From contig NIVC01003900.1 in the NCBI GenBank assembly GCA_002269645.1, positions 6,822 through 70,821 of the forward strand: DNA of 64,000 bases. The letters are read 5' to 3'. The translations under genes were made by a program, and so were the position numbers. Positions 24,803-36,610 of this stretch are shown here, in pieces. Under the pieces are notes generated by a model, which saw only the letters and a program-made list of their open reading frames with translations, had not been told where the DNA came from and searched no databases. Each line of letters begins with the position of its first letter. The first letter of the stretch is position 1. This DNA is from Macrostomum lignano. Its lineage: Eukaryota.

Positions 24803-27800
24803 TCAAAGATCAGGCATTTCATTGCAATCATTGTCGCTACAATCCTTATCATTAGAACTACCGTTATTGTTATTATTATTATTAATAGCATACTTGACCA
24901 GCTTCCTCTCGGCATTCTTTCGCCTTTTAGTCTCTTCAGCTAGCAGTCGTCTCAGCGTGAGCACCTCGGCAGCCAGACGGTCCACAGCGGCAGATTTGCT
25001 AGCCGCATAGCGCCACGACTGCAACAGCTCAGCAGCTTGAGGCCGTCTGGCTGGATCTGGATGAGTCAGCTTCAGGATGACATCGGCTTCTTGTGGATAG
25101 CGCAACGCCAGATCGTCGGGCAGTCGATGCTCCCGTCTCAATTCGTTTAGCAATCGTTGGCGCTCGTGACCGCTAGAGAACGGCTGGTAGAGCTCGAATA
25201 GGATGACCCCTAAGCTGAACATGTCGGTTTTCTGGTCGTACTGCAGGCCGGCCCGCAGCTCCGGGCTCTGGTAGCTGGCGGTGCCAACCGTGGACATTTT
25301 CAAGCGTGGCGCGTCAGCGCGCCTCGGATCTGCCGGGCTGGCTACTGAACGGGCGAGGCCAAAATCGCCGATTCGAACTCGATAGCGGCATCTTGGGGAT
25401 GTGGGAGATTAGTGTGTCGATGAAATTAGACATTTATTGCATATTATACTTTTCTTCCCTATCCTATCCTTGGTTCTACTTTTCTTCTTCCCGATTCTAT
25501 CCTTGATTCTATTTTTCTTTCCGATTCTACCCTTGATTCTACTTTTCTTCTTTCCGATTCTATCCTTGATTCTAATTTTCTTCCCGATTCTATCCTTGGT
25601 TCTACTTTTCTTCTTCCCGATTCGATCCTTGATTCTATTTTTCTTTCCGATTCTATCCTTGATTCTATTTTTCTTTCCGATTCTACCCTTGATTCTATTT
25701 TTCTTCTTTCCGATTCTATCCTTGATTCTACTTTTTTTCTTCCCGATTCTATCCTTGATTCTACTTTTATTCTACTTTCCTTCGGATTTTATCCTATCTT
25801 TTTCTTGACTGTGTTATTGATTTGGATTCTAATTCTATATTTTATTTTCATTTTTACTTTCCTTTTGAACTGCTATTCATATAAGTCTACTATATGCTTA
25901 TTTGAATTTTTCTAAATTCCCAGTCTCCCTCCCATAATACTACTCACTTAGTAGTCTCCGGCGATTCAACCAGTTGCAAAAACACATTCGTGCATTTCAA
26001 GTCGCGATGCAGAATGCCCTGACCGTGAATGTACTCAATGCCGCGAAGGAGCTGATGAAAAATGTCGTGATTCTCGTAGTCGTCAATGACTGGGCCAGTG
26101 GGGGCGCTGGTGGAATTTCTCCGATCGAGGTGAGCCTGCAGGTTGGTGTCGCACAGCTGCATCTGGATGAAGAGCACCAGTTCGCTACTGCGCAGAGTCA
26201 TCATACGGTTGAGCGGAGCGCGATGCGACAGCGGCATCAGCTGGTGATGCCGCTTCTTGGATGCTGGCCGTCTGGCATTGCCGCCGTTGCGATGGTTACC
26301 GTCTATGGCAGATGATGAAGCCTCTTCGAGGGACAGCACACGCCTAGCGGTGCGGTTGAAATGCAGTTAATAGTTTCTTAAGCTCTGGTGACTGTGGGAT
26401 TTAGCGATATCCCATCGACTCAGCTCCATCCAGGGACTAAGGAACTGGAAGGCTGGCTCAGCAACTGAGGATCTGGGAAGCTGGCCAAGCAACTGAGGAT
26501 CTGGGAAGCTGGCCCAGTAACTGAGGATCTGTGAAGCTGGCCAAGCAACTGAGGATCCGGGAGGCTGATGACCCAGCAACTGAGGATCTGGGAAGCTGGC
26601 CAAGCAACTGAGGATCTAGGAGGCTGATGACCCAGCAACTGAGGATCTGGGAGGCTGATGACCCAGCAACTGAGGATCTGGAAGGCTGGGTGAAGGATCC
26701 AGCAACCAAAGATTCTTCAAGATTTTAAATACTGTTAAATCCTATCTCATCTACCTGTAACTCGGTACAGGAGCCGAAGCCAGTTCCGAATCCGAGCCCA
26801 GCTGTTGCCAGCGCTCAGCCAGTTCTGCTGTCCAGCCACCATTGGAGCGAAGTTGCCAATTAATGGCGGAGGTGCCAGTTTTTAGCGACCTAAAATTTTA
26901 TAAGAAAAAAGGAGATAAAGAATGGTAAAATACAAAGAAAGATAAACGTCAAAGACGTCAAACTTACAGATCTTTATCAAACTGTTCTTCTCCACTAAGA
27001 CAAGCTTCGCTATCCTGATAATTTCCCAATGGTTTCCCAGCATCCTTCATCCGACTTTTTTCTTCGGCCTCATCGTTGCGAAACACAATCATGGAGTCGG
27101 ACTGCTCCATTTTAGCAGAATTAGTCGCCGAAGAAGACTTCGAAGACGATATGGACGTTGAAGTCGAAGACGAAGACGTTTCTGATGGCAGCGAATCGCC
27201 TCTGGCTTCGCGTTCGCTCTCGCTCAGACTGGTCACTCGGGCGCCGAAGGCTGCGCCTCTGGGGTGGGTCAGGATGGGATTTTTAATTGTGGGTCAAGAT
27301 GGGAATTTTATAATTGTGGGTCAAGATGGGATTTTTTAATTGCGGGTTAAGATGGAGATTTTTTTTATTGTGGGTCAACATTGGGATTTTTTTATTGTGG
27401 GTCAACATGGGGATTTTTTTATTGTGAGTTAAGATGAGGATTTCTCATTGATGGGTCAAGATAGGGATTTTGAAGTGGGTCAAAATGGGCATATTTGAGA
27501 GTGGGTCAAGATGGGGATATCTGAGAGTGGGTCAAGATGCACGCGAAGGTGTATTCAGCACGCCAGTGAAGTATGAGACAGACCAGGCCTAAGGGCTACG
27601 GTCTGCGATGCTTCACGCCTGCCCCTATATTCAGCAGGTCAAGGCTGGAGAGGGAGGTCTGCACCCGCTATTTGCCACTGGCAGCCGCAGACCCCCCCCC
27701 CTCACGCTGTTTCACAAGTCGACCCAGGGTACTCGTCCCCGCGTGTGTTCAAGGCAGACCCTAGGGCTGCTGGACAGACTGGGCTCCGACGCTGGCGACC

Positions 27801-30800
27801 CATCCAGTGGCTTCGGCCGAATTTGGGTATGCGGGTCTGGCTTGCCAGCCTGCAGGCCGTGGTACTGCTTAACGTACCCCCTAATGCCTAAGGTGTTTGA
27901 CCGTGCCGATGGGCTGGAAGGCCGGGGGGTTGTCCGGTCGCTAGCGGTCCTTTTCTTTTTCTTCTTTCCTCTTTCTTTTGTGACTCAGCTCACTCCTTCC
28001 CGCTTTCAGCTATGGCGTCATCCGCCTCTTTAACCCCCGCTGAAGCCGGGGCCCCGGCAACTCCGGCCGGTGACTCTGGCACCAGCGCCGCCCCACCGGG
28101 GGCAGATGGGCTTGCCGCCGGCTCGGCTGGTGACATGCCCGCACGCGCAACCGGGCCCTCCGCTGAAGCCCGACGCACCCGCAACCAACGCCGCAACGAG
28201 CGGCGACGGCGACTACGGGGTACTGCGGGCCGGCCACCGGCGGAAGGGGAACCTAGGGAGGGCGAGGCTGCTGTTGGGCCGAAAGGAACCACAGCAACCC
28301 CTGCCCCCCAGGATACAACCCCCGCTGGTGTGCCACCCAGTATACCTGCTACAAGCGCGGCCGGGCCTTCGGGAACCGCCGCCACCAACTACGCCTCAAA
28401 GGTCAAGCTCCAACCGGCGGTCATCGTCTTCGGGGAAGAGCAGGACCTCACGGCCGACGAGCTCGACAGTGCCTGGCGCACCATCGATGCTGCGCTCATC
28501 GACCAGCTCCTGGCGGGCCGCCCTGTGAGCGTGGTCAAGTCTGCCAAGACCGACGGCTGCATCTTCATCTGGTGCAGCTCGGAGGAGAGCAGCCGCAATC
28601 TACGCGAGCTTCTGCCAAAGCTGAACTGGCCCAAGAAGCTCGGCAAGCTCGTCTTCGCCAGCGAGGGCGAACGACAGAAGACCCAGCGCTTTCGCGTCTG
28701 GATCCCGGCCGGCAGTGCCATTAAGTCCGGAGATCAGCTTAGGCAAATATTGCTAAAGCTGCACCCCGACCTTAAGGTCAACGGGCTCCTACACCACGCC
28801 ACTTCCCGCAAGGAGAAGGGGGCTACGGTGATCCTAGGGCTCTCTGATGACTGGGCTAAGCGCTTGCCGCCTAAGTCCACAATTCATATTGGTCTGACTC
28901 AGCTGACCATCCTCCGTTGCGAGGAGCGGAAAGCTGATGAAGCCAAGAATGCCAAAGCTTCCGAAACCGGAACTGGGGCCCAGGCTCCTCCGGCAAAGAA
29001 GCCGAGGCAAACGGCCGATCCTATGCCCGGTAAGGCAGTTCGCGCTGCTGAAACCGGAAATCGCAATCGCAGACCCGCCAGGAGCACCCGGAGGTCCGGC
29101 CTGATCCAGCGCGCGCTGGACCAGGCCAAGAACCTTCGTGCGCATCGTGAGCGGGCCCGCGCTTCTCGCGCTCCACCCCAACAGCCAGAAGGCCAGACTC
29201 TAAGCGGGGAGGCTCCGACCGACTGGTTCGAGTCTGTGACTCACCAGGAGGCTGGCGCCACCCGCATCGACCTGACCGACGAGGCAGAGGGGACGGGCAG
29301 TGACAGCACCGAAGCACGCAGGAGAGGCGACGGTAACGTCCACGCTGGGCTCACGTCCGCGGAGGACTCCACAGCCACCCTAACTGCTGAGGACGCTGAA
29401 ACTCCCATGGAGGTCTGCGGGTCACCCACCACTGAAAAGGAGGAGGATGACCTGCTCAACGATTCCCCAACTGCGTGATAATGATCAGCAACCAGGGAAT
29501 CCATTGCCTGCAGATTAATCTGCAGCACTGCGTCGCAGCCTCGGTCAACCTTATGCGTTACGCCGAGCTCGACAAGCCGGGGCTCATCCTCGTCCAGGAA
29601 CCCTGGACTCTCAGAGGTAAGCCTCAAAACGCCCCTGCTGGCTACAATTGTTTTTATACTTACCCTCGCGAGGCCAACCAGCCTCCCAGAGCTTGCATCT
29701 TTGCGAGCAAAACGCTCAGTGCGTGGCTCAGATCGGACCTGTCCAACAGGGACATCTGCGTCATCCAATCCGAGGACCTTCTTCCTGGGAAGACCACCCT
29801 CATTGCCTCGGTTTACCTACCAGGCGATGCTGCGGTCGTCCCCAGAGCCCTCGCTACGCTGGTAGAGCTCTGCTCTGCCAAAAACTACGAGCTCATGGTT
29901 GCCGGCGACATCAACGCCCACCACACTCACTGGGGCAGCACTGGCATTAATCAGAGAGGCGAAGACCTCCTAGCCTACGTTGCCTCTACGACCCTCGAGT
30001 TCTGCAACTCTGGGTCCACCCCTACCTTTGACAACGGACGGTGGTCGGAGGTGATCGACGCTACGCTCGCAACGCCCAGACTCTACCAGAGTATTGGGGC
30101 GTGGCGGGTGCTTCCAGTGTCCTCACTATCGGATCACAAGTTCATCTCCTTCAACCTAATGGCCGCGCGTAGCGCAACTCGTGTTACGTGGAGACGGAAC
30201 GCCAGAAATACGGATTGGGAAACCTTCGGGCTCGCCCTGAAGGAATTCCATCGGTCTCCTGGCCAACCATCCACGATCACGTCGTGCCGAGAGGCGGATG
30301 AGTGCGCGACTGTTTTGACAGAGACGCTAACCGCCGCCTTTGAGGCGTCCTGCCCTTTAAAAGCCTATAAAGGGAAAAAATCGGCGCCGTGGTGGAATCC
30401 CGAGCTCGGCAACCTCCGTCGCAGGGCTAAGAGACTCCACCGCAGAGCAACTAAAACTAAGAGCCCTGCAGACCAAACCGCCTATCATGAAGCAATTCAT
30501 GAGTTTAAAAGGCAGGTTAGGAATGCAAAGGCTCAAAAATGGCGACAATACTGTGAGGAGCTAGAGGGCTCACACCCCACCTCCAGAGTTGTGAAAGCGC
30601 TCACGCTGGACAAAATGTCTAAGCTCTCCTCGGTCAAACGCACCGACGGTACGTCCACGGACAACCCAGGGGAAACGCTTGATGTAATGCTCACTGCGTT
30701 TTTCCCTAACGAGCCAGCTAACCAGACCACTCCGGATCACTCGGAGGGAGGTCACGCGCTGGCTGCATCTATCATCACGGAGGACCGCATTGTGAGAGCG

Positions 30801-33800
30801 GCAAATTCCTTCAAGCCTTTCAAAGCCCCAGGACCCGACGGCATTGTACCGGCCCTTCTAAGAGAGGCGGTTAAATGCCCAGGCTTCCTGCGCAAACTTT
30901 GCAGCCTTCTTCGGGCATGCATCACGCTTGGTTATGTCCCGCAGGCATGGACCGAGGCAAAGGTGATCTTTATCCCTAAGCCAGGCCGCCCGGACTACCA
31001 TTCTATCAAATCCTTCAGACCGATCAGCTTGACCTCCTCCCTGGTCAAGCTGATGGAGAGACTGGTGCTTTGGCGCCTTCTCTCTGTTGAGCTGAAGAAC
31101 AAACCTCTCAGCGAGAACCAGCACGCTTTTCGGGCGGGTCGCTCCACTGAAAGCGCGCTGCACGTCCTGGTCGATAAACTCGAGAAGGCCGTGCTTGGTA
31201 GTGGCTTTGCTCTGGGGATCTTCCTGGACATCATTGGCGCCTTCGATAACGTCCTCTTTGAGGCGTTCCGAAGAGCTCTTTGTGAGAGGCTAACGCACTC
31301 ACATCTCACCAGATGGATCATGTACATGATCAGCCATCGCACGGCCACCGCCAGTCTGCTGGGCTACCAGAGGACGGTCCCCGTCTGCAAAGGTAGCCCG
31401 CAAGGTGGGGTGCTGTCTCCAGTTCTCTGGAATATGGTCATCGATGAGCTCCTCTGGGATGTTCGGCCTGACCCCATTCTGAAAGTTGGATATGCGGACG
31501 ATGTCACCGCGGTGGCATCTGGTCCGTCCCCTGATACCCTCAGGGACCTTCTTCAGAACTTCATCTACGCTGCTGAGCAATGGGCGGACCGCTGTGGTTT
31601 AAGGCTCTCTGAGACTAAGACCGCAGCGATCATGTTCACCAGCAGGACCAAGTGGCAGATTCGGCCGCTCACGCTTTACGGAAGGGAAATCCCCTTCTGC
31701 AAGCAGACTAAATGTCTGGGTATTACCCTGGACCACAGGCTGAACTGGTCTCCCCACGTTCAAACAAAAGCCAAAAAGGCCTTCGCAGTCCTCGCGCAAT
31801 TGCGCAGGGCCGTCGGCACCACCTGGGGGCTCACCCCAAGCGCCTCTGGTGGATCTACACTGCAATGGTTAGGCCCGCTATCTCGTATGGCGGCCTGATC
31901 TGGGCTAGCGCCCTGCAGATAAAGACCTGTCTAGAGGCTCTCAGGAGAGCGCAAGGGCGCGCTTGTCGCACGATCATGAGCGCCCCTCCGTCTGCTCCTT
32001 ACGATGGCCTCAACGCCTTCCTCAACATTCCTCCGCTGGACATCTTTGTCCGCAGGGAAGCGGCTAAGACTGCCCGCCGTCTAGCTGACGCTGGCATTCG
32101 AATCCAGCCCCATAGGGCCATGGCTAAGCGCAAGCTTCTGCCCCACGCTGACCTCTGCCTCAAGGAGTTGAGAGACAGCGGCGGGCTCCACGTCCTATCT
32201 GACGGCGAACCCCGCACTCTCAACCTCTTTCAGCGCTACAAGGTCACCATCCCCTCTAGGGATGCTGCCAATGACCACTGGAATTTCCAGGAGGTCCATT
32301 GCTACACGGACGGATCCATCAAAGACGGTCGCGCCGGCTTTGGGGTCTGCATCATCATCAACGGCCGCGTAATTGCCACGCATGCCCAGCACACTGGTAG
32401 ACTCTCCACAGTCTTCCAGAACGAAGTCCTTGCCATCAGCTCTTGCGCTGCAGAGCTAAACGCCAAGGTTACGAGAGGAAAGACTATTGTCATCCACTCC
32501 GACAGCCAAGCGGCCTTACAGGCCCTTTGCCACACCACAACGAACTCCCGGACAGTCGCCGACTGCGCCCGGCAGCTCAACCTCCTGGCCAGAAGCAATA
32601 CTGTCAGGCTGAAGTGGATCCCAGGGCACGCAGGGTTTCCGGGGAACGAGCTGGCAGACACCCTCGCCAAGAGGGGCGGCTCTGGCTCTTTTTTCGGCCC
32701 TGCCCCCTGGTCCCTATGCCCTTGACAGTCATCAATCGTCAGATCGACGACTGGGCTGACTCCCTCCACAGGGACAGATGGGCGGGCACCCAAAACTGCC
32801 GGCAATCTCGTGCCGCGGTTCCTTGCCCGTCTCACAGGCTCAGAAACATCCTTCTGAACCAGAATCGGAAGGATATTCGAGCCCTTGTCATGACCCTTAC
32901 CGGCCATGGCTACCTCGCCAGGCACTGCTTCCTCCGAGGCGACCTCGAGAGCGAAATTTGCCCCTTTTGCGAGTGCGACAATGAAGATGCTCAGCACTTT
33001 GTCTGTCACTGCCCTTTCTTTAACAGAGACCGGCTACGCTACCTTGGGCCGAACCCGTCCATTGACGAGGTTTGCCAGCCCGACAGCATCCCACGGCTCA
33101 TCCAGTTCCTTCGGGCGACTAGACGAGCCAGTTTCTTCCCAACGGAAGATCACGCTGCAGGACGGACCGGCGGACCACCCTGACCGGCCCCACGCCTCTG
33201 CCTGTCTGCGGGCCTTCAGGGGCTAGCGGAATGGGCGACCCTCGCCTCCCCGCTGTGTCTACGGACCACCCTGCAGCTAAGTCAAGTAAGTCAAGTGGGT
33301 CAAGATGGGGATATCTGAGAGTGGGTCAAGATGGGGATATCTGAGAGTAGGTCAAAATGGGGATATCTGAGAGTGGGTCAAGATGGGGATATCTGAGAGT
33401 AGGTAAAAATGGGGATATTTGAGAGTGGGTCAAGATGGGGATATCTGAGAGTGGGTCAAGATGGGGATATCTGAGAGTAGGTCAAAATGGGGATATCTGA
33501 GAGTGGGTCAAGATGGGGATATCTGAGAGTGGGTCAAGATGGGGATATCTGAGAGTAGGTCAAAATGGGGATATCTGAGAGTGGGTCAAGATGGGGATAT
33601 CTGAGAGTAGGTAAAAATGGGGATATTTGAGAGTGGGTCAAGATGGGGATATCTGAAAGTGGGTCAAGATGGGGATATCTGAGAGTGGGTCAAGATGGGG
33701 ATATCTGAGAGTGGGTCAAGACAAGATGGGAATATCTGAGAGTGGGTCAAGATGGGGATATCTGAGAGTGGGTCAAGATGGGGATATCTGAGAGTGGGTC

Positions 33801-35918
33801 AAGACAAGATGGGAATATCTGAGAGTGGGTCAAGATGGGGATATCTGTGCGTGTGTTAAGATGGGGATATCTGAGAGTGGGTCAAAATAGGGATTTCTAA
33901 GAGGGGTCAAGATGGGACATTTAAGAGTGAGTCAACATGCTGATTTCTCTTTTATAGGTCAAAATGGGGATTTTTTGTGAGTGAGAGTTATTGAGAGTTT
34001 CTGACAGCAAACGAACTCACTTAGGCAGTATCTCAGTCCAAGAAGCGTGATATCGAACAATATTGCGATGATCTAATTGACAAAGCGTGGCCACCTCTCG
34101 ATGAACTCGATGCAGCTCAGTTAGATCAAGCCGTCGAAGGCGAATTTTCTTAATAGCATAGAGACCGCCATCGGTGAGGTTCTTCGCTCGATGGACGACA
34201 CCGAAAGCGCCACTGCCCAATCGAGCTTTCTCTTCAAAGTTGCTCTGATACCAGTTAGGAGTGTTGTCCAGTCTGAATAAATTTTATGCAATAATTAACT
34301 ACTATTAGTAATACACTGGCATAGGGAAGCAAGAACAGTAAAATTGTTAAGCCAATCTAGCGCCACAGACTCGAGACTCTCTAAGCGCCAATCTAGCGCC
34401 ACAGACTAGACGCTAGACTAAAGCGCCAATCTAGCGCCACTGGTGAGACTCTAAGCGCCAATCTAGCGCCACTGGTGAGACTCTAAGCGCCAATCTAGCG
34501 CCACAGACGAGACTCTAAGCGCCAATCTAGCGCCACTGGTGACACTTCAAGCGCCAATCTAGCGCCAAAGGTGACTATAAGCGCCAATCTAGCGCCATAG
34601 GTGACTATAAGCGCCAATCTAGCGCCATAGGTGACTATAAGCGCCAATCTAGCGCCATAGGTGACTATAAGCGCCAATCTAGCGCCATAGGTGACTATAA
34701 GCGCCAATCTAGCGCCATAGGTGACTATAAGCGCCAATCTAGCGCCATAGGTGACTATAAGCGCCAATCTAGCGCCATAGGTGACTATAAGCGCCAATCT
34801 AGCGCCATAGGTGACTATAAGCGCCAATCTAGCGCCATAGGTGACTATAAGCGCCAATCTAGCGCCATAGGTGACTATAAGCGCCAATCTAGCGCCATAG
34901 GTGAGACGCTAAGCGCAAATTTAGCGCCGTTTAGATCGTCAATAAAGTTTTTTTGATAAAAAATCGATAAGAAAATCAACAAGAGGCTTACGAAAGTCTT
35001 CGAGGAACGTCATTGCAGTTGAGCTTCGGTATAACTATTGAGCACTGGGAAGACTGAAAAAGAAACAAAGAGATAAAATTTAAGTATTAAGAAACAGTAC
35101 CATTTTTTAATTTTCGTTGAAACAAAAAAATACGATACCACTACTTACCAACACCCCGACAGTAGTCTGTTCAAACAATCGGGCAAACGCACTTTCAAAA
35201 AGCGGATTTACGGTTAGAAAATTTTTCATAGCCTTAGTCTTCCAGCGAAGTATGCCGTTAGCGCGTAGCATGCGAAATACGGCTGAAATTGGGTTATTTG
35301 ATGGAAAAATACTTGTAAAGTGCATTTCTCTTACTAACAGTAGGGCGTACAGTATTGGCACGCTTCTACCTGTTTGCAATCCCTATTCTGCCAGTGCCAT
35401 GACGTAACTTTTAGACAAAAACAGATGGATAGAACACAAGGTAACACTCACTCTGAAATTTGACATCAGCTTCATAGTCGTTACTGCTAGACAGTCGGCA
35501 AATATGCTTAATAGCCACAGAGCATAGCGTTAATAATCGATAATTATCCTGATCGATTTTGCCATCGCCTTGATGTCTAATACTGACAGCTGATGTTGGA
35601 TCCACTGAGGCGGAGCTGTCAGCGGAGCCAGGGGTGGCCAATGCAAAAGTGGCATTGTCATCTAGTGTACGACCGCTTGCTGATGACAGCAGAGTACCCG
35701 CTGGGCGCTCCAGTGGATCTTCAAATCAGTTAGGAGTGACAGCAAAATTATAACACAGTAATTTACAACTAATTACCATAGTTACTATATAAAATATAAA
35801 ATTTTAGGCAAGAACTTAACTACTCACCATCAAACTGCAGAATTGGCATATTAGCCACTAATTGCCTTGTCATTTTGTTAGTGCCATTGTTAGACTTTAT
35901 TGGTACTGTTGACTCGGC
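24803..35918 (-). CDS. EIF2AK1: eIF2-alpha kinase, HRI-like. Exons 35918-35828, 35718-35452, 35282-35149, 35053-34992, 34272-34021, 27258-26968, 26889-26755, 26343-25948, 25391-24803; the start codon may lie in an upstream exon
   Basis: All junctions are GT-AG and phase-consistent. LGSGAFGVV, YAIKKI, REVATLCQLDHRNIVRYHASW, Ser-rich kinase insert, LFIQMQLCD, HRDLK, IGDFGLA, VGTASYQSPE, YDQKTDMFSLGVILFELYQPFSSGHER, C-terminal coiled coil. An N-terminal helical region and no TM segment favour HRI over PERK/GCN2. Confidence 0.85.
25440..25790. repeat. About 30-33 bp pyrimidine-rich minisatellite (intron)
   Basis: ttcttcccgattctatccttgattctactttt units. Confidence 0.9.
26440..26700. repeat. About 28-31 bp minisatellite (intron)
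   Basis: agcaactgaggatctgggaagctggcc units. Confidence 0.88.
28012..29478 (+). CDS. LINE ORF1 (gag-like, DUF4780-like central domain)
   Basis: 488-aa ORF directly upstream of ORF2; FRVWIPAG..LRQILLKLHPDL..GATVILGL..IHIGLTQLTI resembles Loa ORF1. Confidence 0.75.
   Translation: MASSASLTPAEAGAPATPAGDSGTSAAPPGADGLAAGSAGDMPARATGPSAEARRTRNQRRNERRRRLRGTAGRPPAEGEPREGEAAVGPKGTTATPAPQDTTPAGVPPSIPATSAAGPSGTAATNYASKVKLQPAVIVFGEEQDLTADELDSAWRTIDAALIDQLLAGRPVSVVKSAKTDGCIFIWCSSEESSRNLRELLPKLNWPKKLGKLVFASEGERQKTQRFRVWIPAGSAIKSGDQLRQILLKLHPDLKVNGLLHHATSRKEKGATVILGLSDDWAKRLPPKSTIHIGLTQLTILRCEERKADEAKNAKASETGTGAQAPPAKKPRQTADPMPGKAVRAAETGNRNRRPARSTRRSGLIQRALDQAKNLRAHRERARASRAPPQQPEGQTLSGEAPTDWFESVTHQEAGATRIDLTDEAEGTGSDSTEARRRGDGNVHAGLTSAEDSTATLTAEDAETPMEVCGSPTTEKEEDDLLNDSPTA
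29481..33183 (+). CDS. LINE ORF2: AP endonuclease, reverse transcriptase, RNase H, CCHC; two single-base frameshifts (about 31835 and about 32705)
   Basis: QINLQH, VQEPW, GDINAHH, SDHK; PQGGVLSP, YADD; YTDGS, HSDSQAAL, KWIPGHAGFPGNELAD; CPFC..EDAQHFVCHC. Confidence 0.93.
34355..34925. repeat. 30-bp minisatellite (intron)
   Basis: ctagcgccataggtgactataagcgccaat; source of the LALIVTYGAR ORF. Confidence 0.95.
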
Positions 35919-36480
35919 CTGAAAATAATCGATTTTCACTTTTGAAATTTGAAAATAGTGGCATACTGAAGTTAAATATAAGTGTAGTAGGGGATTATAA
36001 CAAAGTTATATTTTATTACAATAATAATTAACTTAATTTATTTTAACTATAGAACCAGGACCCACATCCCACGAGTAAAAATAAATATTTGAAAATTCAA
36101 GTTAGATTAATAAATAATTAGTGTTTTAAAACAAATTTGCTAAAGTTGTATACTGCATACATTAGGGACACCTTTTCTGTAACAAAGATGGCCTTTGCTC
36201 TTGTTTTGCACCAAGAACTACTCAAGTAGAAGAGTATGAAACTATGCTTTTTGGAAAATTGCAAAGGCAGTTTTTTTTTTAAATTTAGTAATGCAGATAA
36301 GAATTTTTTCAGTTTGTAATTGTTATTGCTTTCATTAGGAGGTAGATCCAATTCTTGTCTTTTGATATGTTTTTTCTTTCTTATACATATAGTTTTATCG
36401 ATTTTTGTACAGCTATTTATTTAGAAAATTAGGACTTTGTTTTATTAAATATCTTACATATTAAATCTTACATATTTATC

Positions 36481-36610
36481 AACATTGAAAAGTTGCCATC
36501 ACAGAACAGAAGATTTAGTCTATGATTATGATTTTCACTTTTGAGAGTGCAGGTAAAGTCTCTCAACTTTTGCAAATGTGTTGTGATACAACTTAGCTAT
36601 GCCATAGCAG
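36481..36610 (+). repeat. Dispersed repeat, CpG-decayed copy; a CpG-retaining copy lies at 59663-59780
   Basis: Shared aacatt..aaa.ttgccatcacagaa...cacttt....gtg.aggtaaagtctctcaa...caactt...agcta.gcca. Confidence 0.75.

Larger units (their letters stand above)
27540..33293 (+). mobile_element. Full-length non-LTR retrotransposon, Loa/R1 group, antisense in a kinase intron
   Basis: 5' UTR, ORF1, ORF2 (APE-RT-RNase H-CCHC), short (AAGT/AAGTC) tail; flanked by AGTGGGTCAAGATG (27526-27539 / 33294-33307). Confidence 0.92.
27260..33900. repeat. 26-bp minisatellite split by the LINE (27260-27539 degenerate; 33294-33900)
   Basis: Unit ctgagagtgggtcaagatggggatat on both sides of the LINE. Confidence 0.88.

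Noticed and set aside
34495-34887. LALIVTYGAR repeat ORF
   Set aside because: 30-bp array within a kinase intron; the flanking exons splice in frame without it.
35870-35887. 5-codon uORF overlapping the kinase ATG at 35873
   Set aside because: It only matters if 35873 is the true start. The main frame is open further upstream, so it may simply be internal coding sequence.
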